From the NCBI GenBank assembly GCA_038134595.1, contig JAYPVM010000006.1, positions 1 to 64,000 on the forward strand: a stretch of 64,000 nucleotides of DNA. The letters are read 5' to 3'. Below, piece after piece: positions 40,755 through 51,248 of the stretch. The translations under genes and the position numbers were made by a program. The stretch is from Pseudomonadota bacterium (GTDB lineage: Bacteria > Bdellovibrionota_C > UBA2361 > OMII01). The number at the start of each line of letters is the position of its first letter. Within the stretch, counting starts at the first letter, position 1. A model generated the notes under the pieces. It was not told where the DNA came from. It made no database searches and saw nothing but the letters and a program-made list of their open reading frames with translations.

Positions 40755-42292
40755 GCTTTGTCCCCGCCCACGGATACGACTCTTAGCTGTCTGGTTTTGG
40801 CAGATGCTTTTGCCTGCACTCTCCTTGCCGTGGGCTCAACAACAAACGCTTTGAGCTCTTGGGGCAGATCGGTTCTTCCAGTACGTGTATAATCTCTTCC
40901 TAAAAGCGCTCCTACTTCAGCCCTATCGCTTTTTCGCTCATCAACAAAATACTCAAACACTAACAAGACTAGTCTCTTTAACTGAATAGAACTTTGCCGA
41001 CCTGCACGACGATAAAGCCAATCACTCAACGCCAAAAACTCCGCAAAGGGAGAAGCCTCTTCCCTCCACAAAAAGTCACGCGCTTCAATGAAGTTGCCAC
41101 TATTGCCAATTAAATCCCAAAAGCGTGCAAATCGCTCCATTCGTTGTATCTCTTCAAACGAAACATGCCTTGTTTTCAACACTTCATAAGGAGGCACATC
41201 ATTAAAAACTAGTCCAAACTCGTCTACGTGCCTTACAATAGGAGTACCCCGCAAGCGCTTCAGAATCCCAACTTGGATCTCCTGCGGATTAAGCGAAATA
41301 AGCCTATCAAAACCCTTTCCAAAGCTCTCTAGATCTTCCCCTGGAAGCCCTACGATCAAATCGACATGCAAATGAGCATTTGTCTCAGTTCGGAGAAAAT
41401 GAAGATTATCCACTAACTTTTCAAAATCTTGTCGTCGACTAATCCTCACTCCAACCTCTGGGTCAAGAGATTGCACTCCTATTTCGAGCTGCAGCACGCC
41501 GGGCGGAAATTGCTGGACCAACGTGCGCAACGCCTCTGGAAACCTATCAGGTACCATCTCAAAATGAACAAACAATTCAGGGGTGAGGCGTTCGAGAAAA
41601 AATCTCAAAATCTTGGACGATGTTCGAATATTGAGGTTAAACGTCCGATCTACAAACTTAAAGCTCCGAGCCCCACGCTCGTAAAGCGTATCAAGCTCCT
41701 GTAAAACAGACTCACAATCGAATTGACGGACAGGCGTGCTAACAGAGGAGAGGCAAAATTCACACGTGAACGGACACCCCCTCGAGACCTCGACATAGAT
41801 AACCCGATTCGCAATATCATCATCACTGTAGAGATGATACGGAAGTTTAAGCCCAGACACATCAGGCAGAGCAGCACGAATAATCTTTTCACTTGGAATC
41901 TCGGCTTGAAGAACGCTGGCACAAAGATCTCTAAACGCCTCGTCTCCCTCTCCAAGAATTAGAAAATCACTTAACTCCGTTAGGCGCTCACCTGCGTACT
42001 CGTAACTAACCTCCGGACCACCTAAAATAATGATGATGTCTGGGTTAATCTTCTTTAGGATAGAAACTACTTCCTCAGTTCGTTCCCGATTCCATATATA
42101 CACCCCAAAGCCGATAATCCGAGGATTTTGCAGTAACAACTTTTCGGCGATTTCCTTTGCCCGCTGACTATTCTCAAATTCAACAATCTCAGCTCTATCT
42201 TGAAGGCTACCAAGATTGGCGTAAAGATACCGCAAGCCGAAAGCAGTATGAATGAACCGAGCGTTAATGGTCGTTAAAATAATATCCGACAT
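40751..42292 (-). CDS. B12-binding radical SAM protein (DUF4080-type)
   Basis: FGVYIWN, LGGPEVS, SRGCPFTCEFC (CxxxCxxC), FVDRTFN, EIGVQS and DLIVGLPGE motifs. Confidence 0.9.
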   Translation of the reverse strand: MSDIILTTINARFIHTAFGLRYLYANLGSLQDRAEIVEFENSQRAKEIAEKLLLQNPRIIGFGVYIWNRERTEEVVSILKKINPDIIIILGGPEVSYEYAGERLTELSDFLILGEGDEAFRDLCASVLQAEIPSEKIIRAALPDVSGLKLPYHLYSDDDIANRVIYVEVSRGCPFTCEFCLSSVSTPVRQFDCESVLQELDTLYERGARSFKFVDRTFNLNIRTSSKILRFFLERLTPELFVHFEMVPDRFPEALRTLVQQFPPGVLQLEIGVQSLDPEVGVRISRRQDFEKLVDNLHFLRTETNAHLHVDLIVGLPGEDLESFGKGFDRLISLNPQEIQVGILKRLRGTPIVRHVDEFGLVFNDVPPYEVLKTRHVSFEEIQRMERFARFWDLIGNSGNFIEARDFLWREEASPFAEFLALSDWLYRRAGRQSSIQLKRLVLLVFEYFVDERKSDRAEVGALLGRDYTRTGRTDLPQELKAFVVEPTARRVQAKASAKTRQLRVVSVGGDKA

Positions 42293-42492
42293 ACGCCCAT
42301 AGTACCTCGACCGACCAAAAAATAACACTACGACAAAAAAGAACGTCGCAACATCAGCCTTGCTCAGTCAACTCACCATACTCCAATAAGTTAGCCCTCT
42401 CAGTTTCACCGACCCCGAAACGACGAATAAGTGAACTGAGCTTCTCCATAATGAATATCATCCACATACTTACATAATGACGGCATTCTACC

Positions 42493-42924
42493 GTGATGAA
42501 CGAACGGTGGATACTGGTGGCTAGTCGAGAGGAAGCGCGAATTTTTTCACTCACCGCAGAGCGAGACCTCGTTCTCATAGCTGACATCGGAAACCCAACG
42601 GCACGCCTAAAATTACAGGATCTAGAGAGTGATACACCTGGTCGAGTCTCAGACAACAGGATGAGGGCTCGCTATCCTCTCCGCTCAGAGGAAACAAGTA
42701 AGGAACGACTAGTACGTGACTTCTACCGCGAGGTGTTCGATTTCCTTGAAAAAAAGTTTTTCGCACATGAATTCTCGCATCTCACCTGTATCGCTGAACC
42801 GCGCTTGCTCGGCATCTTACGTCGTCTGTACCCATCGGCGCTCGAGCGGATCAAGCCAGACGAGATACCCAAAGACCTATCTTTCGAGCCCCCTCCCAAC
42901 ATCGCAAAATATCTGCACAGATAA
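42493..42924 (+). CDS. host attachment protein family (AtsE / release-factor-related baeRF12)
   Basis: WILVASREEARIF, DLESDTPGR, IAEPRLLGILR and EIPKDL motifs. Confidence 0.8.
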   Translation: MMNERWILVASREEARIFSLTAERDLVLIADIGNPTARLKLQDLESDTPGRVSDNRMRARYPLRSEETSKERLVRDFYREVFDFLEKKFFAHEFSHLTCIAEPRLLGILRRLYPSALERIKPDEIPKDLSFEPPPNIAKYLHR

Positions 42925-42929
42925 CGCCC

Positions 42930-44084
42930 CTAGCTTCCTCCCCGAGGGAGTCCTAGCACTCTTTCAGCTATAATCGAACGCTGAATCTCCGAGGTCCCGG
43001 CGGCGATAGTCCTACCTCGCGAATATAAATACTGGTGAATTACCTTGAAACTCGGAGAACTATGCTCTCCAAGCGCGGCTCCAACTCCTTCAATAGAGAG
43101 CGCAAGCTTGCATAAATCCTGAAAGGTCTCACTCCATAATAGTTTATCCATCGAGCCCTCTGGTCCTGGGCTCTTATCGCTGGCATACGAAGTAAGATGC
43201 TCATATGCCAGAGCTCTTGTCCTACATGCATCAACGATGCTTTCGGCAATTTTGATAATATGTGCTTCAGAGAGACTCTCCTCTGGCTTTGCTAACAGCT
43301 CTCTAAGCGCCACTTCAGATTGAAGCTGCCTTGAAAACGTTAAAATCACTCTCTCATACATCAGGGTTGATATAGCTATTTTCCAACCGTCTCCCTCCGC
43401 TCCGACTCTATTTTCAGTCGGAACGAACACCTGATCGAAAAAAACCTCATTAAACTCATCATCGCCACTTATTTGCTTGAGGGATCGAATTGTTATCCCC
43501 TCAGACGATAGCGGTACCAACAAATACGACAAGCCTTCGTGTTTGCGCTCTAAGAATTCTGAAGTCCGACACAACACAAAACACCAATCAGCACAGTGCG
43601 CAAAACTCGTCCATATCTTCTGCCCCGAGACCCTGTATCCCCCCTCTACGGGCTCCGCTTTAGTCTTCACGGCGGCTAAATCACTTCCAGCCCCAGGTTC
43701 TGAAAAACCCTGACACCATATCTCTTTTCCACTCAAAATGTTCGGTAAGAACCGTTCTCTCTGCGCATCTGAGCCATGAGATATTAAGACTGGGCCGACC
43801 ATCGTAATACCAAAAAGCCCTAAGATCTGCGGCGCGCCAATACGAGCAAGCTCTTCCTGAACTACCGCTTCTTCAACGAGCGTGCGGCTCTTACCACCAA
43901 ACTTCTCAGGCCAATGATTGCCGAGCCAACCGGCATTCGCCAAACGACGATGCCACTCTCTTCCTATTTTTTCGAAGGTTTCAAGCGAACTATCAGTATA
44001 AACTGGGGGTGGATTATTAGAGAGCCACGCACCGAACTCCTCTCTGAACGAGTCAATCTCTGGAGAGATAGATAGCTTTATCAC
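42930..44084 (-). CDS. acyl-CoA dehydrogenase
   Basis: WCQGFSEPGAGSDLA, GQKIWTS, FNEVFFD and TIAAGTSEIQR motifs. Confidence 0.95.
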   Translation of the reverse strand: MIKLSISPEIDSFREEFGAWLSNNPPPVYTDSSLETFEKIGREWHRRLANAGWLGNHWPEKFGGKSRTLVEEAVVQEELARIGAPQILGLFGITMVGPVLISHGSDAQRERFLPNILSGKEIWCQGFSEPGAGSDLAAVKTKAEPVEGGYRVSGQKIWTSFAHCADWCFVLCRTSEFLERKHEGLSYLLVPLSSEGITIRSLKQISGDDEFNEVFFDQVFVPTENRVGAEGDGWKIAISTLMYERVILTFSRQLQSEVALRELLAKPEESLSEAHIIKIAESIVDACRTRALAYEHLTSYASDKSPGPEGSMDKLLWSETFQDLCKLALSIEGVGAALGEHSSPSFKVIHQYLYSRGRTIAAGTSEIQRSIIAERVLGLPRGGS

Positions 44085-44117
44085 TGCATCGGCTCCTGCT
44101 AATAATCAAGGATCGGC

Positions 44118-45647
44118 TTAAAGGTGACTCCACGAGTGCCCTCTGGCATGTAACAGCTCATCGGCTTCGGAGGGGCCCCACGATCCTGCCTGATATGTAC
44201 ATACTGGAGGAGCTTCCGCACTGTTCCACACTTTAAATATCGGCGCTAACAAATCCCATGATTGCTCAATCTCGTCGTCACGAGTAAACAGTGTTGCATC
44301 ACCCTTCATCACATCGAGAAGAAGTCGCTCATAAGCCTCAGGAGATGAACCTCCAAAAGAATCATCATACGTAAAATCCATCTCAACCTGCCGAACTCTA
44401 AACCTCGGGCCCGGCTGTTTTGAGGTAATACTAAGCGACATTCCCTCCTCTGGTTGCACCTGAATGGAAAGCACGTTGTGCTCTAATTCGCCGTGAATCC
44501 TGCCCTTAAAAAGCGAATTGGGAGCTTTATTAAAAAACACCTTGATTTCCGTCACTCGTTTGGCTAGTCGCTTTCCTGCTCTGATATAGATTGGAACACC
44601 ACTCCAGCGCCAATTATCAATCTCAAGACGCATCGCAACGTAGGTATCTGTTGTGGAGTCGGCTTTCACTCCCTTTTCGTCACGATAACCAGGCACCACT
44701 TCACCACCAACGTTCCCACTTGCATATTGCGCTCGAACCGTATTTTCTCGAACCTCGGCATCGGTCATTCGCTTGATCGAACGTAATACCTTTGACTTCT
44801 CATCACGGATACCCTTTGCATCGCTTAGAGAGTTCGGTGGCTCGATACAGAGTAACGACAACATTTGCAGCGCATGATTCTGAACAATATCTCGAACAAT
44901 GCCGTTCTCATCAAAATATGCGGCTCGATTGCCGATACCAATATCTTCGCACACAGATATCTGAATTTGGTCGATATACTTTCGGTTCCACAATGGTTCA
45001 AACATTCCGTTTGCAAAGCGAAAAACCAATATATTTTGAACAGTCTCTTTCCCAAGATAATGGTCGATACGAAAAATCTGCTCTTCAGCGAGACTCTTTC
45101 GAAGAACTTCGTTTAAATCCCTGGCCGACTCGGTATCATAGCCAAAGGGTTTTTCCACAACAACTGATGTGCGCCGTTTTGAGGAACCAAATTCTTCGAT
45201 TAATCCTACATCCTTCAGGTTTGATGCTATGGGGCCAAAAAACTGCGGCGCCATAGCTAAGTAATAAACATAGTTGTAGAGCACATCTCGCTCTCCAGTA
45301 ACCGAGAGCATCCTCTCTTTGAGAGCATCAAAATCTTTCAAGACCTCCCCGTCACACGGCTGATAGAAGAGGTTTTTTGAGAACTTATCCCAGACTTGAT
45401 GAGAGATTGTACGTCTTGAGTGCGCCTGAATCCCCTCGTATACACGGCTGCGAAATTCCTCATCACTTAGTTTAGAGCGCGAGGAGCCGATGACGATAAA
45501 ATCTTCTGGCAAAAATCCATCCTCTGCTAAATTACACAGAGCCGGTATAAGCTTTCGTGACGTCAAGTCTCCACTAGCTCCAAATATGACCAACAAAGTT
45601 GCTGGAGGCGGCGTCGGTGCTACGTCTTCTGATATCTTCGAAACCAT
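44118..45647 (-). CDS. zwf: glucose-6-phosphate 1-dehydrogenase
   Basis: GASGDL, EKPFG, RIDHYLGKE, RDIVQNH, RWSGVP and AYERL motifs. Confidence 0.98.
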   Translation of the reverse strand: MVSKISEDVAPTPPPATLLVIFGASGDLTSRKLIPALCNLAEDGFLPEDFIVIGSSRSKLSDEEFRSRVYEGIQAHSRRTISHQVWDKFSKNLFYQPCDGEVLKDFDALKERMLSVTGERDVLYNYVYYLAMAPQFFGPIASNLKDVGLIEEFGSSKRRTSVVVEKPFGYDTESARDLNEVLRKSLAEEQIFRIDHYLGKETVQNILVFRFANGMFEPLWNRKYIDQIQISVCEDIGIGNRAAYFDENGIVRDIVQNHALQMLSLLCIEPPNSLSDAKGIRDEKSKVLRSIKRMTDAEVRENTVRAQYASGNVGGEVVPGYRDEKGVKADSTTDTYVAMRLEIDNWRWSGVPIYIRAGKRLAKRVTEIKVFFNKAPNSLFKGRIHGELEHNVLSIQVQPEEGMSLSITSKQPGPRFRVRQVEMDFTYDDSFGGSSPEAYERLLLDVMKGDATLFTRDDEIEQSWDLLAPIFKVWNSAEAPPVCTYQAGSWGPSEADELLHARGHSWSHL

Positions 45648-45692
45648 GGTCGTTCTCGTATCCTCGTTTGTGGTAGCCTAAAACGGCGCTAC

Positions 45693-46817
45693 TTAGATCT
45701 GGCTCCGCTTCATCTCTATCGATGCCAATAGATCCTTGTAAGATTGAACAAAACTCTCTACTCCAGCTTTCTGCAGTTCGTCTAGAATTGCCTCAAATGA
45801 GACTCCGACATCACCGAGTCCTCTTAGCAGCTCCTTTGCTTCGGCCAAGCCAGCGTGAAGCGCGTCAGTTATATCCGCGTCAGCTATTAATGCCTTCAAG
45901 GTTGCCGGAGGCATTGTATTTACAGTATCTCTTCCCGCAAGCTCTTCGACATACAAAACGGGACTAAAGCTAGGGTTTTTTGTTCCTGTGCTCGCCCAAA
46001 GTGGCCGTTGCACACGGGCACCGGCTTCTTTGAGGGGTGCGAATCGTTGCCCCAAAAACAAACCTTCGTATGCCTCATACGCGATTTTCGAATTGGCGAT
46101 TCCTATTTTTCCCAAAAATTTATCTTTAGTGCCCCCATCGACTGTTCCTCCAGTAATGAGCGCGTCGAGCGCCTTCTCAACACTAGCGTCCACCCGGGAA
46201 ATAAAAAAGCTCGCTACCGACGCTATGCGTGAAATATCCTCTCCTCGCCCCTTTCTAGCTTCGAGCGCTTTAAGATACGCTTCCGCTACAGCCTCATAAA
46301 CCTCTTTAGAAAAGATAAGCGTTACGTTGACGTTGATACCCCGCTCCAAGGTCTTCTCAATAGCGGGAATACACGCCGGAGTCGCGGGAATCTTGATCAT
46401 AATGTTCGGCCTGTCGAGCTTTGCCCATAGACGCTCTGCCGCAGCAACCGTGCCTGCCTCATCATTAGAGAGGTTCGGAGACACCTCAATACTTGCATAT
46501 CCATCTGCACCATCTGTGGCGTCATAAATTGGTTTTAATAGATCTGCTGCAGCCGCTACATCCTGAATCATTAACTCCTCACACAGACTCTCTGTATCAA
46601 GGGACTGCAACTCACTTGCCTTCATTGCCTCATCATAATTATCACTGTCAGCAATCGCCTGTTTAAAGATGGTAGGATTACTCGTTAAACCCGAAACGCC
46701 TGTCTGAATCAGCGAGGCAAGCTCCCCTGAACGAAGAACGTCTCTTGATAAATTGTCATACCAAACCGATTGCCCGAGGTTATTTAGTGAAACGATATGG
46801 GGGCTCTTCTCTGTCAT
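45693..46817 (-). CDS. tal: transaldolase (long type)
   Basis: SVWYDNLSR, TSNPTIF, SIEVSP, MIKIPAT, NVTLIFS and QRPLWAST motifs. Confidence 0.95.
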   Translation of the reverse strand: MTEKSPHIVSLNNLGQSVWYDNLSRDVLRSGELASLIQTGVSGLTSNPTIFKQAIADSDNYDEAMKASELQSLDTESLCEELMIQDVAAAADLLKPIYDATDGADGYASIEVSPNLSNDEAGTVAAAERLWAKLDRPNIMIKIPATPACIPAIEKTLERGINVNVTLIFSKEVYEAVAEAYLKALEARKGRGEDISRIASVASFFISRVDASVEKALDALITGGTVDGGTKDKFLGKIGIANSKIAYEAYEGLFLGQRFAPLKEAGARVQRPLWASTGTKNPSFSPVLYVEELAGRDTVNTMPPATLKALIADADITDALHAGLAEAKELLRGLGDVGVSFEAILDELQKAGVESFVQSYKDLLASIEMKRSQI

Positions 46818-46951
46818 CCTAACAATACTCCAAAACAATAATGATACGTAACGTACTACTATGCTAGGTATACTGAATTTTGACCGATCGTGAAACTACG
46901 AACTAACAAATAGCGGTCGTAGGGCGTTAAAAATCAGGCTGACTAGCCCCC

Positions 46952-47737
46952 CTACCCCCGTATAATTCTCGGAATATCCATCTGACCAGGATACGAGAGG
47001 GCTTTCCGCTTTCTATTCCGGTAGAACTGATATGTCGTAAGAAGGCAATGCATCGCGTATGGGATACCATTCACATGACAAATTTCATCTCCGTAATACG
47101 TCGGAATAGGCCGTTCAACGATCCTTAGATTGCGCTCCGCCATAGCTAGAATAATTTGCGTGTCAAAATGCCATGTATTGGTAAACGACTGAAAAGGTAG
47201 CTGCTGCAAAGCATTTGTTGAATACAACCGGTAACCCGAATGATATTCTGAAAGATTGAGACCTGACAACCGGTTTTGAATGCCAGTCAAAATTCGATTA
47301 CCCACGAACTTGTACATCGGCATCCCCCCTTTGAGTGCCTCAAAGGGCTTAGACATACGAGACCCGAAAACCATATCCGCCTCTCCTGCGACCAAAGGCT
47401 CCAATAAGGAAGGTAGAGCCTCCGGTGCATATTGTCCGTCACCATGAATCAACGCCACTACGTCAAGGCCTCTATCAATGGCGTACTGGTATCCTACTTT
47501 CTGATTACCACCATACCCCTGATTTTTTTCATTGCGATGCACAGTAAGCTTATCAATCCCATACTGAGCCTTGTATCCCAGAGCCGCATAGTATGAGTTG
47601 TCGCTACTACAATCATCGATCACAAAAATCTCTTCGACGTCGTCGTAGACTTCCTTAGGGATTCTGGCAATCGTTTTATTCAAATGATTGACAGCATTAT
47701 AGGCAATTATAAAGAGACCTATCTTTGGCTTTCTCAT
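46952..47737 (-). CDS. glycosyltransferase family 2 (DPM-synthase-like)
   Basis: IDDCSSD, NQGYGGNQK, HGDGQY, GSR and EYHSGYR motifs. Confidence 0.92.
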   Translation of the reverse strand: MRKPKIGLFIIAYNAVNHLNKTIARIPKEVYDDVEEIFVIDDCSSDNSYYAALGYKAQYGIDKLTVHRNEKNQGYGGNQKVGYQYAIDRGLDVVALIHGDGQYAPEALPSLLEPLVAGEADMVFGSRMSKPFEALKGGMPMYKFVGNRILTGIQNRLSGLNLSEYHSGYRLYSTNALQQLPFQSFTNTWHFDTQIILAMAERNLRIVERPIPTYYGDEICHVNGIPYAMHCLLTTYQFYRNRKRKALSYPGQMDIPRIIRG

Positions 47738-49203
47738 CGCAACAGTTTCCCCACTAAATCGTATCCGGATACTTCAGTTATTTCGACTACGCCAATATAT
47801 CCAGCCGAAATATTGTGCAACCCGTCGGATACATCATTGATTAAAATCGAACCATCTACCTCTGGTGCCTGAAACGAAGCTCGTCCAACCAACAACAGAT
47901 CAGTATCTTCGTGAACACCTTCAACTAACGTCAATAGCTGCTTACCCACATACTCCTCATTTCTCTGCATCATAACCTTTTGCTGAGCTAACATCACTCG
48001 CTCTCGTCGACGCTGCTTCTCCTTATCTGAAACATCATCTTCCATCGTATGGGCAAGCGTCCCCTCCTCAGCTGAATAGGTGAAAACTCCAACACTCTCA
48101 AAATACCCCTCGGCAATAAACCGCTCCAATTCCTCGACATCAGCATCAGTTTCTCCGGGGAATCCAACGATGAAAGTAGTACGTAGTCTTATCTCCGGGG
48201 CGACCTCTTTGACCCACTCCACAAAACGACGGGAGCCGAATCGCCCGATAGGCCTGCGCATAGCCTTCAAAACTCTCTCACTTGCATGCTGAAGCGGCAC
48301 ATCAAGATAGCTACATACACGAGGTAATGTAACAATTGTCTTCAGAAGCGATTCTGAGACCCCAACTGGATACGCATACAACAATCGAATCCATTCAACG
48401 GCACCATCACTGTCGATTGCTTTCAAAAGCTCTTCAAGGCTTTCTCCTTCGCGATCGGACCCATATGAAGTCAGGTCTTGCGCCACCAAGTTTATCTCTT
48501 TAACACCCTGTGCTCCGAGCGCCCTAATCTCGTTGCGGATCGATTCAATTGACCGACTCCGCATCCCTCCCCGAAGCTTCGGGATAATGCAAAATGCACA
48601 TGGACGATTACACCCTTCAGAAACTTTTACGTAGGCCATATGCGACTGCGACGAAAGGTGTCGAGGCATGGTATCATCATATATAAAATACGGTCTTCCA
48701 CCCTCTCGAAGAGTAGCCGCCATAGCTTGTTCCGAATCTTGTGCCAACGCTGCCACATTAAGCACGCCGTCAATGTCGATAAAAGCATCAACTTCAGGAA
48801 GAGCCGCTCGAATATCGCCCTTGTAGCGTTCAACCATGCAACCAGCAACTAACAACCGTCGCAAACTACCACTCTTCTTTAGCTCAGATAATTCAAGAAC
48901 ACAGTCAACACTCTCTTTGACAGCACTTTCAAGAAATCCGCATGTATTGATAACAGCGACATCGGCAAGCGTCAGATCGTTAACGATTTCAAATCCGGCG
49001 TTGCGAAGCACGCCTATCATGACCTCAGAATCAACCTGGTTTTTGGCGCAGCCTAAAGTTACTACCGCGGCACGACCTGCGAATGTCTTTGTCCCATCCA
49101 CCCCAACAGGCTCTGATATATTAACCGCGACAGAACCACACGACTGAGCTCGAGATTCATCATTGGAAACGATCGATAGTAACGACTTCATAAACAGATA
49201 CAC
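47734..49203 (-). CDS. rimO: ribosomal protein S12 methylthiotransferase
   Basis: LGCAKNQVDSE, NTCGF, GCNRPCAFC, IRLLYAYP, TRAM domain APEVDG; exact start uncertain. Confidence 0.96.
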   Translation of the reverse strand: MYLFMKSLLSIVSNDESRAQSCGSVAVNISEPVGVDGTKTFAGRAAVVTLGCAKNQVDSEVMIGVLRNAGFEIVNDLTLADVAVINTCGFLESAVKESVDCVLELSELKKSGSLRRLLVAGCMVERYKGDIRAALPEVDAFIDIDGVLNVAALAQDSEQAMAATLREGGRPYFIYDDTMPRHLSSQSHMAYVKVSEGCNRPCAFCIIPKLRGGMRSRSIESIRNEIRALGAQGVKEINLVAQDLTSYGSDREGESLEELLKAIDSDGAVEWIRLLYAYPVGVSESLLKTIVTLPRVCSYLDVPLQHASERVLKAMRRPIGRFGSRRFVEWVKEVAPEIRLRTTFIVGFPGETDADVEELERFIAEGYFESVGVFTYSAEEGTLAHTMEDDVSDKEKQRRRERVMLAQQKVMMQRNEEYVGKQLLTLVEGVHEDTDLLLVGRASFQAPEVDGSILINDVSDGLHNISAGYIGVVEITEVSGYDLVGKLLR

Positions 49204-49212
49204 CGGGTAATC

Positions 49213-49941
49213 TTAACGTCTGTCTACCAAATCTACACCGGTTGGGTAGTCTAAAACAAATCGACTCGATTCAGCAGAAATTGAGTTAACCACCTGATTT
49301 GAAAACACTATCTCCGTAATATTGCCACCAACTGAGGTAATTTTTGCTCCAATAGGTGTTTTTTTCGCCAAATCGACCAATAATATAAAGCCATCAAGCT
49401 CATCATTTTCCCCCTCATGTGCCTGATTGGCCTTGGCTTCAAGGGTCAATGCAAGGTTACTAGAAGCTGTTTTACAAGCAGATAGAACCCGAAAATCCCT
49501 GTCGAGATCTCCAATACCCATCATAAATGCTATCGGAACCGCCGACAAAAGAACCTCCTTGACGTCTTGAATGATAACCTGCTGTGTGTCCACCTGATAG
49601 AGAGACATAACACCATCCCGAATTAGAACCTCCTGTTCTCGGGGAGTCTTATAACTCCACCGCATTCGCCCCGGCTTTGAAAAACTCATCACCCCTGAGC
49701 TCTGTTCCCCCTCGGCCAAAGCCACAATAAATGAGCGCTGCAGGAAATTAGCAGACAATGAATCTATCTTGGCATACTGTTTCTGCACCTCTTGCACTAC
49801 TTGCCGCGCTTCTGTCGTATTAATCCAACTATCAGCACCTCGACACGCGAAAACATCATCCTGCGCCACTGCCAACAAAGGGAAGAAGGAAAACACAATG
49901 ACTCCATACAGAGCACACATCCGAAGCTTAACAATACTCAT
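49213..49941 (-). CDS. lolA: outer membrane lipoprotein carrier LolA family
   Basis: Signal peptide, SLSANFLQ, KPGRMRWSY and DG motifs; lolA-rimO synteny. Confidence 0.85.
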   Translation of the reverse strand: MSIVKLRMCALYGVIVFSFFPLLAVAQDDVFACRGADSWINTTEARQVVQEVQKQYAKIDSLSANFLQRSFIVALAEGEQSSGVMSFSKPGRMRWSYKTPREQEVLIRDGVMSLYQVDTQQVIIQDVKEVLLSAVPIAFMMGIGDLDRDFRVLSACKTASSNLALTLEAKANQAHEGENDELDGFILLVDLAKKTPIGAKITSVGGNITEIVFSNQVVNSISAESSRFVLDYPTGVDLVDRR

Positions 49942-50139
49942 TTATCACCCTTTTTCCTGGCCTGATTGTTCCATGCAATCGGCTTATAAAGTTTACAAGT
50001 AGAGAGCGTAGCACAGCTGTCCAGAACCTACCCATAGTCCTGCTCGAAGCAGGCTATCGCAATCGTAGTCATGTCATTTGAGATCTGGCAAGGGCAGCTA
50101 TTGTGTCCGACTATTGACTATAAAAGAAAGCAAAACCGA

Positions 50140-50808
50140 CTACTTGTCGATACACGCACGAGAGATCGTGAGACACAATGAAGACTCTGAGCTCTCCATC
50201 CACGGCCATCGTACCGACGCATTTACTTGCGAAACAAGCGCCTGAAGAATCTTAGCCCCCGCTTGAGAAGCCTCTCGCTCTTGTTTGAAATTAATATCAG
50301 GAAATGTAACCACAACATCTAATGACGCTTCAGAGAGAAACATGTCGATTTCAAGCTCACCCTCCATCACTCTTTCGCTCCGAGCCACAAGGCACTGATA
50401 CACAGTCTCGTTAAATAGCAGTCCGATCTGACAGGCGATTCGCGACCGCACTGCGTAGAGATGCGAGGCAGCATTTCCACCGATAGCCACGTTAGATACA
50501 CCATTCATGGAAAGACATGTAGAAAGAACCGAACGCAAATACCCACCGATTACAACTACTGTACCTTCCGTAGCAGTCATATCTACGCTTTCATACATTG
50601 TAGCCATAGAGTAAACACATCCCTCCATTCGCTTAAAAACTCGCCGCGCATCGCAGTCATGCACATCTCCTGAAAAAATTCGCAGTAGACTACATACCGT
50701 TTGAAGGTTATTTTTGAACTCATGTTGAACTCTGCGTAAAGGCTCTAATGCTTCACTCACCCCAGATATCCCCTCTCTCATATCGCTAACACCAAAGAAG
50801 CTGAGCAC
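50140..50808 (-). CDS. HisKA_2-type histidine kinase-like protein with degenerate ATPase domain and no sensor
   Basis: H-box QHEFKNNLQTVCSLL; N, G1 and G2 boxes degenerate; start may be ATG 50781. Confidence 0.7.
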   Translation of the reverse strand: MLSFFGVSDMREGISGVSEALEPLRRVQHEFKNNLQTVCSLLRIFSGDVHDCDARRVFKRMEGCVYSMATMYESVDMTATEGTVVVIGGYLRSVLSTCLSMNGVSNVAIGGNAASHLYAVRSRIACQIGLLFNETVYQCLVARSERVMEGELEIDMFLSEASLDVVVTFPDINFKQEREASQAGAKILQALVSQVNASVRWPWMESSESSLCLTISRACIDK

Positions 50809-51248
50809 TAAACAGGGTCGTTTTCTGCCAAACTAGACCCCTCTTCACATCTGCGCCTGGTGACAGGAGCGTTAAAACATTATTAAATCAATAGAAACGT
50901 GGCATTGTTGGCTCCCTTGATGCTCATTGGAGCTTATATACCGAATCCCGGTCCATTAAAGCTATAATACCCAGCCGCTAGAGCACAAGACTTGCCTATA
51001 TACTTCTCGCACAACTATGATCGTTATCAGCACCAACAAGCAGACGAAGAATCGGCGTTCACATCCGCGTCGCAGCTATAAGCCCCCCCGGATTTCCGCC
51101 CAAAGGAAACACAAACCAGAGAGAAAAGTCGATGAACGATTCAGTATTCACCCTAGTAGCTCCGACACTAGATGGCTATGCTCTTTCAGAAAAACCGCTC
51201 CCACTAGTGCCATCGCTAACGCATGTCGTTAAAAACGCCATGAAATCT

